A stretch of DNA of 64,000 bases, taken from the NCBI GenBank assembly GCA_036172245.1, contig JAYWIR010000001.1, forward strand, positions 8,742,001-8,806,000. Direction: 5' to 3'. A model generated the notes under the pieces. That model made no database searches and had not been told where the DNA came from. It was given only the letters and a program-made list of their open reading frames with translations. Source of the DNA: Raillietiella orientalis (Eukaryota). The position numbers were made by a program, and so were the translations under genes. Positions 25,987 through 37,600 of this stretch are shown here, in pieces (the stretch's first letter is position 1; every line of letters begins with the position of its first letter).

Positions 25987-28684
25987 CTGAAAAGTACAGT
26001 TTTTAAAAATGAATCATTAATTAGACAATCATCTGGCACATCATCGATAATAACAGTAATGTTCACAGTTCTTTCTGCACCTGAAATTATTTTTATGCCC
26101 CTACCTCTATATGTATTTCTTGTGGCTCTACACAGATAACAGTGCATACATGTTCATGCAGTTTTTTTGTATCAGTAAATGCATTTATGCGTATAGCAAT
26201 TTAGCAACTATACACATGAATTGCATTTGTGCACATTTAACTTCAGGTGTCTCACACAGAATACCAGCTTACACACAAAACAAGTTTCACAACTTTGCCA
26301 CTTTCCTACTGCAAGGTTTGCATGTTTTCGTTTTTTTTTACATACTTACTGGTTGTTTGTGCTGCCGAATATTTAAAAATTGCAAAATCTGTGTATTTGG
26401 ATGGATATTCCAACGAACAGCTCAAGCACAGTAATTTACTACATAAATGAAATCAGGACATTCTGTTCTATTTTTATACGCTGTACACGGCTGAGTATCT
26501 TTTTTTCTTTTTTACTAATTTTGATGGCTAACAAACTCTGTTGATTCACCGACTCAAAGTCGACCACCTAAAATTGTCAAGCAATGGCACATGAAAGACT
26601 TCCAATCGACGACCTACGCAAAATATATATCGTATGGGAACAGAGCCTGCAGGTGCATTTATGGACGTACAAACCTTGGCTGCAACTCACACTACTTTGT
26701 ACTTAAAAAAGGTAATATTAAAGACCCTGGATCTTTTAAATGTTAATGCCATTGATGACTCTCAATAGCATTCCACCGTATGGATTCAAGAATAAAAATT
26801 TTTAAATAGTGGAAGGTATAAATCCAATCGTTTTCTTTACTGAAATTTGGAATCATATTCAGCTCACAAGGTATCAGATATCATAATACGTAGTGCTACA
26901 ACTAGTATTTCAAAGCTATTCAGCTTCTGATTTTTTCCACAGTAGAAACTGAAAACGATCACAGGTGTTTCTAGTGCGAGGCAAGGCACATGGGAATGAG
27001 TACTAGTCAGAATGACGTGGTGATCAAGACTCCTGACGAACAAAAAAAATAACTGAAATTGCAGCAGCTTGTGCTCCTGGATCACAAGGAAGATCTCAGA
27101 AGAATACAGGAGGACTCCGAGGTGCTCTCGGCAGGTTCCTCTCAGCATGCATGGTGGCAGCAATAGCCATCCTCTGATTCCCCTAGAACGAAGGGAAAAG
27201 AAACAGATCTTTCCTATTCTTTGGCACATTTGTTGCTTTTTGACCACGAATGGTCGGCGATCACCGACGACAAGCACTCTTTTTGACTGCGCTTCAGAAT
27301 CCGCGCGCTCCCCCGAGGCAGAGGATGTGTGACAGCGGGTCGTCTCCTATTCTGCTGCTGCAGCCATCAGTGTGTGGATGGCGGACGAAAGGAGAAATAT
27401 GAGTTCTTTCTCACTCATCCAATCCTGTGAGACTCTGTCAAAGAAGGTAAAAAGGGCGTGTTCAGGGAACCCCCACGGACGGAAGGGTAGAGACTTGACG
27501 GGACCACTTTCTATAGATTATAGAACTGTGAGAATTGAGCGACCACTGAATGTACAACTCAGCATGGCAGCATTCACGCTATTCGTGAGACCCAGAAAAG
27601 GTCGTTTTATAACCTGCTCTTCTCCCTCTTCTTACATCCCCTTCGTGAATCAATTATTGTCGATTTTTGCTTTTTGGAGCTCTGTGACTCCCTTGTGTTA
27701 AAGAAAGACCCTATTGTCTACCAAAGGCCACGTCCTCTCCTAAAAGGGAGGGAAGAATGGCAAAGGAAAGGAAGTCCAGACAGACCAGACCAGCACGTTT
27801 GGAAAGAGTAGAAAAACTACAGGGAGTGCGAAGGGGAGGAAGGAGAACGGTATGTTCAGAGGCCCTTTGGCGACAGAGCACTTTGCAAGGAACAAAGGCC
27901 AGTCTCAGGAGTGGAACCATCGTGTCAGTCTCCAATTCTTCTAGCTGGAAGTTCCAGCACGTGTATATACCAGAATATGCCTCTGGGATCCAATTGCAGG
28001 CATCGTTTTCCTTCTGAGTTCCTTTCTCTGCAGCCGCAGTCCAACCTTGACCTTTCGCATACGTGCTAGACACGAGATGAACATCCGGGGTTCGCCTCCG
28101 CAACCCGGTATTTGGCTGACAGGCAGGTGATGTGCCCTTGGGGCACGAGACGGATGTTGTCGCTTCCACGCCCGCTGGCGAAGGCTTTCCTGGGCAGCTC
28201 TTCCAGGAAGACACGTGGAGCGAAGGCAGTCGGGAGGAAAATGTCGTTGCCAATGACGACGACGCTCTCTCGCTGAGCTGCTGCTCTCACGGTCTCCCTG
28301 GGATGCTTGCTCTCCTGGCACGATCCTATCCCCTGCTACCCGCTTGCGTTGACTGAGGAGACTCGCCCGTCATGATCCTCGTGGTGGTCTGCCCACCTCT
28401 CCCTCCTTGGTGTGGCCCAGAGGCTGCTCCCAAGGAAGACGCAAGTTTCGGGTAAGAGGAAGAAGGGAGAGGAGAGTATCGAGAATTGGGCAGAGACGCA
28501 TCATTCTCCCCCCTCATCCTCTTTTTTTCCCACTCGAAAGGAAGGTGTGACCGTGTATCCCTCCGGACGTGCGTAGATCGCAGTGGCCACAGCCAAAATC
28601 AGGAGGAGGATCCAGTCAAGACACGAGTCCTTGGATCACACCGTTGCCAGGGAGGCAGCATAGTGACAGCGTTGGTCTCTGAGG

Positions 28685-31600
28685 TCACGTTCTCAGTATA
28701 TTCCTTGAGATTTGTTGGCACAGTTCGTTGTTGGAAGCGTCCGACACGACGATGAAGCAGAGGAGGTCGGCACGACATGTCTCCGAGCAGTGACTCAAGG
28801 TGGGGCTGGTCGTGTTCTTGCTCCAGTGCCTGCAGAGACGAGAGCCGCAACCCCCTGTAAGAGGACCCTCTTCTTTCTCCCCTTCCTCATACCGGAAGTA
28901 CATTTGAAAGAGGCTCGCGTCGGACACCATGCGCCTCAAGAAGATGTCCATCTCGGTTGCCGTGGCGGACCGCAGCTGGTACGCGTCTCTGGCATCGTAC
29001 AACTTGGTCCAGCGGAGGAATCCCTGTCGGTTTGCTTCCTCCAAAGGGGCGATCCAGGTTTCGAAGTTACCGATGGTCTGAAATGAGGAAGAGCGATGGA
29101 TCGTCGCCGTAAGGGCTGGAAAGTCACGTCCGCTCTTACATAGGCTGAGGCACGGGAGTCTTCAGCGCCGTCCACATGGAAGATGCGGTAGCCCGGGTTC
29201 AGGTCGTTGTATGGAGTGATGCTAGGAGACTGGAAAGTCAGACCCACGGGCTGGGTGGTGTTGTGCTCGTCGTAAAATATTTGGAATTCGTCGAAGTGGG
29301 TGTGGCCGCCGAACTGGGCAGCGATGGTAGACTGGAACCTGGAAAACCGGGGGGTGGTCCAATCGTGCGCTTCCAGGAGATCAACTCAGTTTCCTGGAGC
29401 TCCCAACAACGTTTTTTTTTTTTTGGGGGGGGGGGGGGGGGGGCTTCCCGTAACTGCAGCTTGGGAGCAATAGCGCTTTGCCTCCCTCTTGCCCTACCCT
29501 CGGAGTCCTTCCTGCCTCTCTCACCTGCGGGGACGAAGATGCTCTTCGGACGATCTTTATCCCCTCCCCTCCTTCTCCTCCTCCCCGCTCTCGTCCTCCT
29601 CCCTGATCTCCTTCTCCTCTCTGTTCTCCTTCCATTCGTTTTGTTCTTTTCCTTCTCCTCTCGAGCTTGACCTCCCCAGAGCGCGTGACTCACCTGCTCA
29701 CTACTCTCCTAAACTGATGGCTCCACGTATTCTGGCACTCATGGCCGTTCGGGATGTGCCCCAGGATGTGAACCTTCTCTCCGCGCAACTCAGCCTCGGC
29801 GAGCTGTCCCACCAGCCATTCCAGCAGGCCATACGGATCGGGGATGCTGTAGTAGCTGAACCTGAAAGATTTCTGCCCTGGTCAGCAGCAACCTCCCTAC
29901 AGGCGGTTCCAGTCGCTTGCAGGAGGCCCCATACCCTGGGAGGAAGAGCCGAGAGCGACCCGGGAGAGAAAGAGCTCGCTTCTTCCGGGGGTCCCCAACT
30001 TACGGATGGGGAGATCACGCACTCTTATGGTCCGCCTCCTTCCCTCCTGTCGTCCTAACCTCAACCGCCTACAGAGGCGTCCCCCCCACTTCCTCCACGA
30101 TCACGGCTTCCAGGAGACTTTCTGCGGCCGGGATGACCCCAAGGTCAGATCGGTCCTCCCTTGACTACCGCCGTATCTCTTCCCTCACCAGCTGCGAGCA
30201 GGGGAGGCCAAAAGCGGCAAGAGATGTGCCTGCAGTGGGGAATTGGCTACATATGGAGAAGGAGTGGAAGACCTGCTCCCGACATCGCTGTCCGGTCTCC
30301 CTGCTCCGCAGTTGCCCAGGAGTGAAAGAGACAAGCGAGGAGGCGGTGATTCCCGGCCGGGGGGCTCGGACGTTTCCTAAGACACCCACATCCCTCCATA
30401 TCCCGAGGGTGGGGCGATATGGCTCGTTGAGATCGGCTTCTTGATGGGGACGGTTCACGCGCCACCACCGGAGTGCCGACTGTCTGCATCCTCCGCCCCA
30501 GTTGCCCAGCCCGGTTGCTGAAGGAAGCTCCCAGAAAGGTCGGGAGGGGCCCACGGGGCCTGATGGAGGAGAAAGGCATCGTAGCGCTGTCCGCCCCTCA
30601 TCGGCCACTAGGGTGGGTTCTCAATGAGCCAGATCGGAAGACTCGGAAAGCTGCCGCCATCGAGTCATCCCGGCAGCGTAAAACTCTTCGCGGATATACC
30701 CGACGGGTTGACCTTCCCGACCACAGGAGCGCACCGCCGGCAATCTTCGTGAGCGCAGAAATTTTCGTTGCTCATCTAGTCGTCTCGCAGTTCGGCGCTT
30801 TGCCTCTCCGTGTCCCACCCCCGCAGCTCTTCCTGCTCTCTTTCCTGCTGGGACGGGGATTCTCTCCGTGTGACCTTTCTTTCTTCCCCTCCTCCTCCTT
30901 CGGGCTCTCGTGACAACCTCCGAATCCTTCCTTCCCCTCTTCTCCATACCACCCCAGGTCTCGCAGATGGACCTAAGGGGCATATGGAGGAAGGCCCCGG
31001 AATGAACGGGGACCTCTCTGGAGCACCTCGGTCACCCTTATAGAGCCGTCGGCGGCGCCGTGAGGAACCTCACCGAGGGCGGATGGCTTCTCTTCCACAG
31101 GAAGCGTGGAGGTTTCGTCCACTTTCCCCTCAGCAACAGCTTCTCTTCCTCCTCTGCCTTCTCTCCCTCCCCGTGCCCCACGAAGCAAAGCTACGGCGTG
31201 GGCCGGTCGCCACAGCAGCAGCAGCAGCAGCCAGATCCTCTCGAAAATGTCTCCGGTCCAAAGGACGCCGAGTCGGTCTTCTTGGTGGTGGCCCGCGGAC
31301 GCCGTCGAGAATCACCATCCATCCGGCACGGGGTTGCGGGACCCCGGTGATGGCCTCTTACTCCACTGTGGGTGAGGTGGGAGAGCTCCGCACATGCACT
31401 GCCGAGGCCTCCAGCCATGTGGAGGAAGCACCGTGCCCACGTCAAGGATCCGGGATTCGCTGTGGACACGGGAGGCGTTGTCTTTGCAGCGTCGTGCGTA
31501 CCCGTCAGGCACCACCAACTCCTCCTGGACCTTCTCTTCCTTCCCATGAGGTGAGGAGGGCAGGGTGCCTACCGGGAACTCCCTCTGGCCGCAGAGGCAG

Positions 31601-34600
31601 GGACCATTCGACCCGTCGGGGACCCATTGCTCCAAGCACCCTCGATTTCCTTCCTCCCGTAAGGAATGCTCTCACGGCCGAGAGGATGAGTGGGAGGAGG
31701 CGGCAGGACGGGGCCGGAAATCCCCTCCCTCTGACTCACCAGTTGTACACGTAGCATATGTTGTTGTTAATGGCGATGATGCGCAGCCCAGGCCTGACCA
31801 GAAAAGAGTAGAAGGCCCCGCGGCGGATGGACTGCCTCGCGGGCTCGTCGAGGTCCTGGCCATACACTTCCGCCAGGAACGGGTACAGCCACTTGAACTG
31901 CTCGGCGTCTGGGTTGACCTCCCGAAGGGGGAAACTGGAACGAGAAGACGACCCCGATTAGTCCCGCTTCCAACGGACGGAACCACGGCAGCTGTCCTGG
32001 GGATCACTCGGCCTTCTCCTCTCCTTCCCTCGTACCAAGGGAGCCGCCATCCTCTCCCCACCGTCCTCCCCCTCTTCTTCCCGCCCCCTGTTCTCTTGCA
32101 GCCGTCCTACTCTTCTTCCTGGGTCCAACTCCAGGGTTCTTTGGAAACTGGGCGGGCCGTCCGAACGGGCATGGTAGTCACTAGGGTTCAGGTCCATCAC
32201 TCGGGCGAGGGATCCGGGGACAGGAGCAGAAACCAAGAGCAGGATGGCGAAGAGAAAAGAGGTGGGAATGATGGGGATGGGAGCGGGGGAAGAGGATGAG
32301 GCTGCGCGACAGCTCCCTGTGGAGAGTGGCTTCCTGCACCACTGTAAGGGTACTCTAAGGGCCTCTCGAGCCTGGAATCCATCGTGCCACCTCGTCCGGC
32401 AAGTGCCCTATGGGAATCGGATGCAGAGATGCGACTTCTCTTCCGCAGGCGCCGGAAGTGCAGGCGAAGGCGCCCCCGGCTTCTGAACCAACCACTTCCA
32501 TGGAACTCGTACCCGGAGAAAGGAATGGAGGGACGAGGATGGAAACGCGAGGCCTAAGAGCGGGGCGCGTTCTCCCCAAGGCTCGTCCCTCCCTACGGCC
32601 GGTGCTAAGACCTCATCCTCCTTGCAACAGCGCGCTCGGCGTCCCAACCCCATCCTTCTGAACAGATGCTCAGGCTTCCGGTTCATTCCAGGGAGGGCAA
32701 GGCAGGCTTGCTCGGCTCAAAGTCGCGGCCGCGCGGGTCTCCTCCCCATTCTCCTGTCCTGGCGCGGCTTAGAGACCGAGTGTCGCCCGTCCCCTCAGTA
32801 GAGCAGGTCACTCCGGAAACTGGAGAGATGGGGCAGCGCGGAATGAGCGGTGGGTAGGGAGAAAACGGGGGAGGGGTAAGGGGACGAAGCTGACGTGAGG
32901 GTGACCTCAGGGTATCTCGAGGTGAGGGGTAGCGAGGTCGAGAGGATTGGGCTGGATTGGCGTGAAGTCCAGTGCGGCGATGGGGAAGGCTCAGGGGTCA
33001 AGAGGGTGAGTTCAGCCAAGATGTCGCGTCCCGATCGCTCCGGGGGACTCGTCAGCTTCCGGAATAGGCTCGGGGCGCGTCGATCCCTCGAGCCGGCCAA
33101 TCTGAAGGCACGGCATGCCCAAGTAGGTTGGGTTGGGTTAGATGAGGTCATTTTAGGTAGGGTAGGGTAGGTTATGTTACGTTGGGGTAGGTTAAATAAA
33201 TAAGGTTACGTTAGGTTATGTTGGGTTAGGTTAGTTTCGTTCTAGTCGAGCTAGGTCGAGTCGGGTTAGGTTATCTTGTTTATGTTGACATACGTTGGGC
33301 TATGTTAGGTTGGGTTAGGCTAGGCTAGGTTAGATCACGTTGGCTCAGGTTGGGTGACGTTGGTTTATGTTATGTGATGTTATGTTGGATTGAGTTAGAT
33401 GGGGTTAAGTTGGGCTATTTTGGATGATGTCAGGTTATGTGAGGTTGTGTTGGGTCAAGGTAGGCTCGGTTAGTTTGGGTTTGGTTAGGTGAAGTTAGGT
33501 TAGTGTAAGTTATTTTATATAGTATAAGGAGTGTAGGTTATGGAAGGTATAGTTAGGCAGGGTAAGTTTAGGGCCCTCTTTTGTCACAAGGGAGGCGTTT
33601 CAACTGCTTCGTTGCCCCGCCATGAGTGTGCATGGACGGTAACGTAGCCCGTGGACCCTGGTCTTTGCCTGCTTCTCTTCCTGCGACTTGATAACCGGCA
33701 GTCCCAGGTTGAGGGAGATCCACGGATTTTCCCGCTTGTGCGTGCGCGCGCATCCCCCGGTACAGTCCCCGGGAAGACACTGCGTGCCTTGCATAGGGCC
33801 ACGCCGGGAAGTGAAGGCGGCGCTCCCGGAGGCGCGCATTCCGCCCCGCACATCACGTTTGCTCCCTTCTCCCCGGTCGCTCGCTTCCCCTCCTCTCTGC
33901 GCGGACGACGCGCAGTTCCTCCGGCGTTGTCCGCGGCGGCTGGTCACTCGCCGCCGTTGACGGAGAATCATTGCGGCGTGGGTGGGCGGCTGGGAGAAAG
34001 AGAAGAGTAGAACTGCCTTTCCACGGCGACTACGTGCGATCTGGGGGAAGCGATGGGGCGTCTGAAGAAGCTTTGGAGAGCTCCTCCACTCGCCACTGCC
34101 TACTCTCCTGCGAGCAATTCGGAGGTAAGGCCGGACTGCGCACATGTATCCCGCCGCACCGCTGCCGGGAAAGAGGAGTCCATGAAGAGAGTCCCCAGGG
34201 ACGTGAGCATCGATATCCCCTCGTGCTCGAACTCGGAACGCCATACAGACCACTACCTTGCGTTTCCACGGAGAGTTCCTTCTGCACGTGACCAGACCTT
34301 CTCCTCCTCCTTCTCCACCACTCCCTCGTCCTCGCCCCCTTCCTCCCAACTAGGGATCGAGGCTGGATCGTCTTCCTCCTTTCTTTCCTCCTTACGATCT
34401 TCCTGGAGGCGGCAAGGAAGAGTCATTCCGCGACGGGGGAGACTCCCGCAAGGGACAGGAGGATTTCCGGGAAGTGCAGTGCTTCCATGTTCCCATCCGT
34501 CTCCTCGCGCCGTCCGCTTCTCCACTTGCAGCTTTCGGAGGGCTCAAGCATCCGCAGCAGCTGCACCGGCGGCGACCTTGTGACCACGCACTCCCCCTAT

Positions 34601-37600
34601 CGAGGCGTGCCCGTGCGCCGCTTCGCAACGAGCAGACGTCTCCCTCCCTCCGAGATTTCTCGCGGCACTTTCGGTTCGTCTCAGAGTCCTTCCACTTTCC
34701 GACCGAGCGCTACCCAAGGTCTAGCAGTGCGCGGCAGTGAGGGATGGAACGGGGAGGTCGGAGTGTCGGGAAACCGAGTCGCCCTGGAGGCCAACCCCGC
34801 GCCGCACCTGTTAGTAGGAGAGGTGTCGTGGTTGCCCACAGAGGAGTAGATGGGCACGCCGGGGAGGTACTTCCTAATGAGCTGGTAGGTGGTGTTGACA
34901 GCACGTCGGGTGGAGGATGGGTTGATGTTCCAGATGTCGTGGGAAGGCATGTCCCCTGTGCAGTAGACGGCAGAGATGTCCTGCAGCGACAGATGTGGGA
35001 AAGAGGGGTCGGCTACGGACGCGCGGGTGGACCACTAGCCTTGTGGGTCCTCTGAACGTGCTGCAGGAGGTCCTCAAACACGTGGACCGGAAGGTCGCAG
35101 AAGTTGTAGTGGCCAAACTTGCCAGCTCGTTGAGTGATCGGCAGTCCCAGCAACGGCGCCGGCGCGTGGCAGCAGGAGAAGTCCTTGCACTTTGCCAGGG
35201 AGCCTTCAACGTACTCGAAGTCCAAGTGGACATCGGTCAGGTGCAGCACTTTGAACCCCTTTCCCTTCGGAGACGATCCCTAGATGGTGCAGGTGGCAGA
35301 GGACCAACATTAGGAAGGGAAGGCGGGTCTCAAGTCTCCGGAGAGATCTTGCGTACCTGAAAGGCGCCTTCCGGAATCGACGGTGGTGGCCTCTCCGGCA
35401 AGGCGACTTCCCACTCACTGCCGGACGAAATCTTCCCCGACGCGCAGTCTTGGTTCAGCACGTTGGAGCACAGCTTGCTCACGATGTCTTGTTGCTGCTG
35501 GTGATCGTGATGCTTGACGAGGTCGAAGAGGATTCTCTGAGACCGGAAGGACAGAAATCAGTGCGAGATGGCCTCATGTTTGCTGATCCGTCCATCCCCC
35601 ATTTTTTTTTCATTTTTTTACTTTTCTGACTACCGAGATCGATACGGGTGCGAACGCGACTTTCCTCCCTCCTCCCCCCCGCGTCGTTAGTCATCTGGAC
35701 GGGCCGGAGGGCATTTCTGAACTTTCGGGAGATTGCAGAGGGCATTTCTGGGAGATGGCAAAAGCACCACCAATCTGCTGGCCAGCAGCTGAGATGACGA
35801 TCCGTTGGACGAGAGTAAAGGTAACTCTTTAGAGTAAAGAGCAGCTCGCGGGCTTCCGAGCTGGGTCGCAACATTCGAGACGAACCATCAACTGCTCGAG
35901 GCTGTCCAGTAACACTCGAGGCTAACTGGTAAAGTAAGGGCAGCTGGCGGCACCGCATGCAGCCTGTCACACTCAAGGCTGACTGGTAATACTCGAGGCT
36001 AACTGGTAGCATCTGAGGCGAAATTATGGCACAAGAGAACCGCTAGCAGCAACAGAGGGAAAGAGCAGCAGCAACGGGCAAATAAAAGCACCAGAGGACA
36101 ACTGGCAGCAACGTTCCGTGCCTCACCAGCAGCACTAGAATGTGGTCATTAGTGAGGAAGAGAAAGTAATAGCATTTATCAATGTCAACAGCCCTGGAAG
36201 GCACAGCCAGTCAGTTGGGTGCAGATCAAGGGAGACCGGGGTCAGTGACGGAGTCGAGCCACGCAAGAGCGAACGCGTTGCGACCGCGCACGAGAAGCTG
36301 CGGTGCTCCTGATGCGGCGGCTCAGCACCGAGGAAGGGAACGGAACAGGCAGCGCGCTCGGGTCCCATCGTCTTCCCGATGGCGGCAAAAATCGGAAGTG
36401 AGAGACCGTTCGCCTTTCCTCAAAAGGTCGAACTCGTCCTCTGCGCCACAGGACATTCCGCGGTGGGCGCGTCTGGTAAGCCCATTCCTCCTCGGTAGGG
36501 AGTCTCGGAGGGGTTCTCCTCGAGACACGTGGATAAGTTTCAACCATCAAAAGCTGGTCCCTACCGAGGAGGGACCACCTCTTGATGAGCCAAAGAGCAC
36601 GCTGTTTGACCCTTCTTGTTTTGCTCCCTTTTCCCTTTCGCTCCCAGTTCCCCTCCTCCTCCACCCTCATGTAGCTCACAGTGAAGAAAAAGCACTGACG
36701 AAGCCGCGGCGCGCAGAAGCTGCCATCCATCTGCCACGGATTCTCTGTTGCATCCGGTGCATGCGAACCGCTGCCATGGAAACCACTCCCCGCATGCTGG
36801 AGGCGTTGACGCCAAGGCGGTACCTCAGTCTCGTCTACGGGCAAGAGAACAGGGGGCCAGTGAGAAAGAAGGACATACGGCACAAGAGGTCTCGTCGACC
36901 CCTGCAGAGCGGGTTGGCTGAAGACCAGGACGAGATCCTCGTTGCCCCGCTACGACCAGCGAGAATCAGAAACATCCTTTTCCGATTCCTGCCCGACGGA
37001 CAAACCCCCTCGCTCTCCCCCTTCCCTACTCCACCGGGACCTCGCAGTCGCTCCACATCTGGGGACTGAAGGGGAGGAATGAGGAAGAGAAGTTACGGCA
37101 GATCCGTGGTATCCAAGGAAAACTGGGGAGCGCCAGCGGGCAGGCGGGCGGTGTGAATGTTTCGCGGCTCCGAAGATCAGTTGTGGTGGCTGTAAATGTC
37201 TAGGGCAGGTCCATAAAGTGCAGGGAGAGAAGGGAAGCAGGAGCGGCAAGGAAAAGGGAATTCCCTTATTAGGTGCGCGTAGAAACAGGCGCCAACTTCT
37301 ACCAAGATCAGCTTTCGACTCTCCCCCACTCCCAGCCCCAAGTCCTACGGGGAAAGGGTTGGCGTGCCCCACCCTACGTCGCCTCAGGGGCAGCTGCCTC
37401 AGTGATGCTGCAGCTGCAGAGACCCCAGAGGGGCGCATGTGCCCTAGATCAGGTTGGCTCCGTCCTTTCACTTCCCCATCGTTTTCCATCGCTTTAGCAG
37501 AGACCTCAGTTTTGCCGGAAGCCCTGCCTCTCCGTAGACGGACCTCACTCGCAGAGGAGACCACCTCAGGGCACGAGGTCGGCCACGTCAACGTCCGTGG

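Noticed and set aside
28066..28290. IRLVPQG…KYRV, a possible RT fragment
   Set aside because: Single weak motif.
31060..31560. Possible nested gene or receptor pseudogene in an SMPD1 intron
   Set aside because: Only vague resemblance; no coherent exon chain.
35890..36020. CRISPR-like repeat-spacer pattern
   Set aside because: Eukaryotic context, irregular spacing, no cas genes; an ordinary minisatellite.
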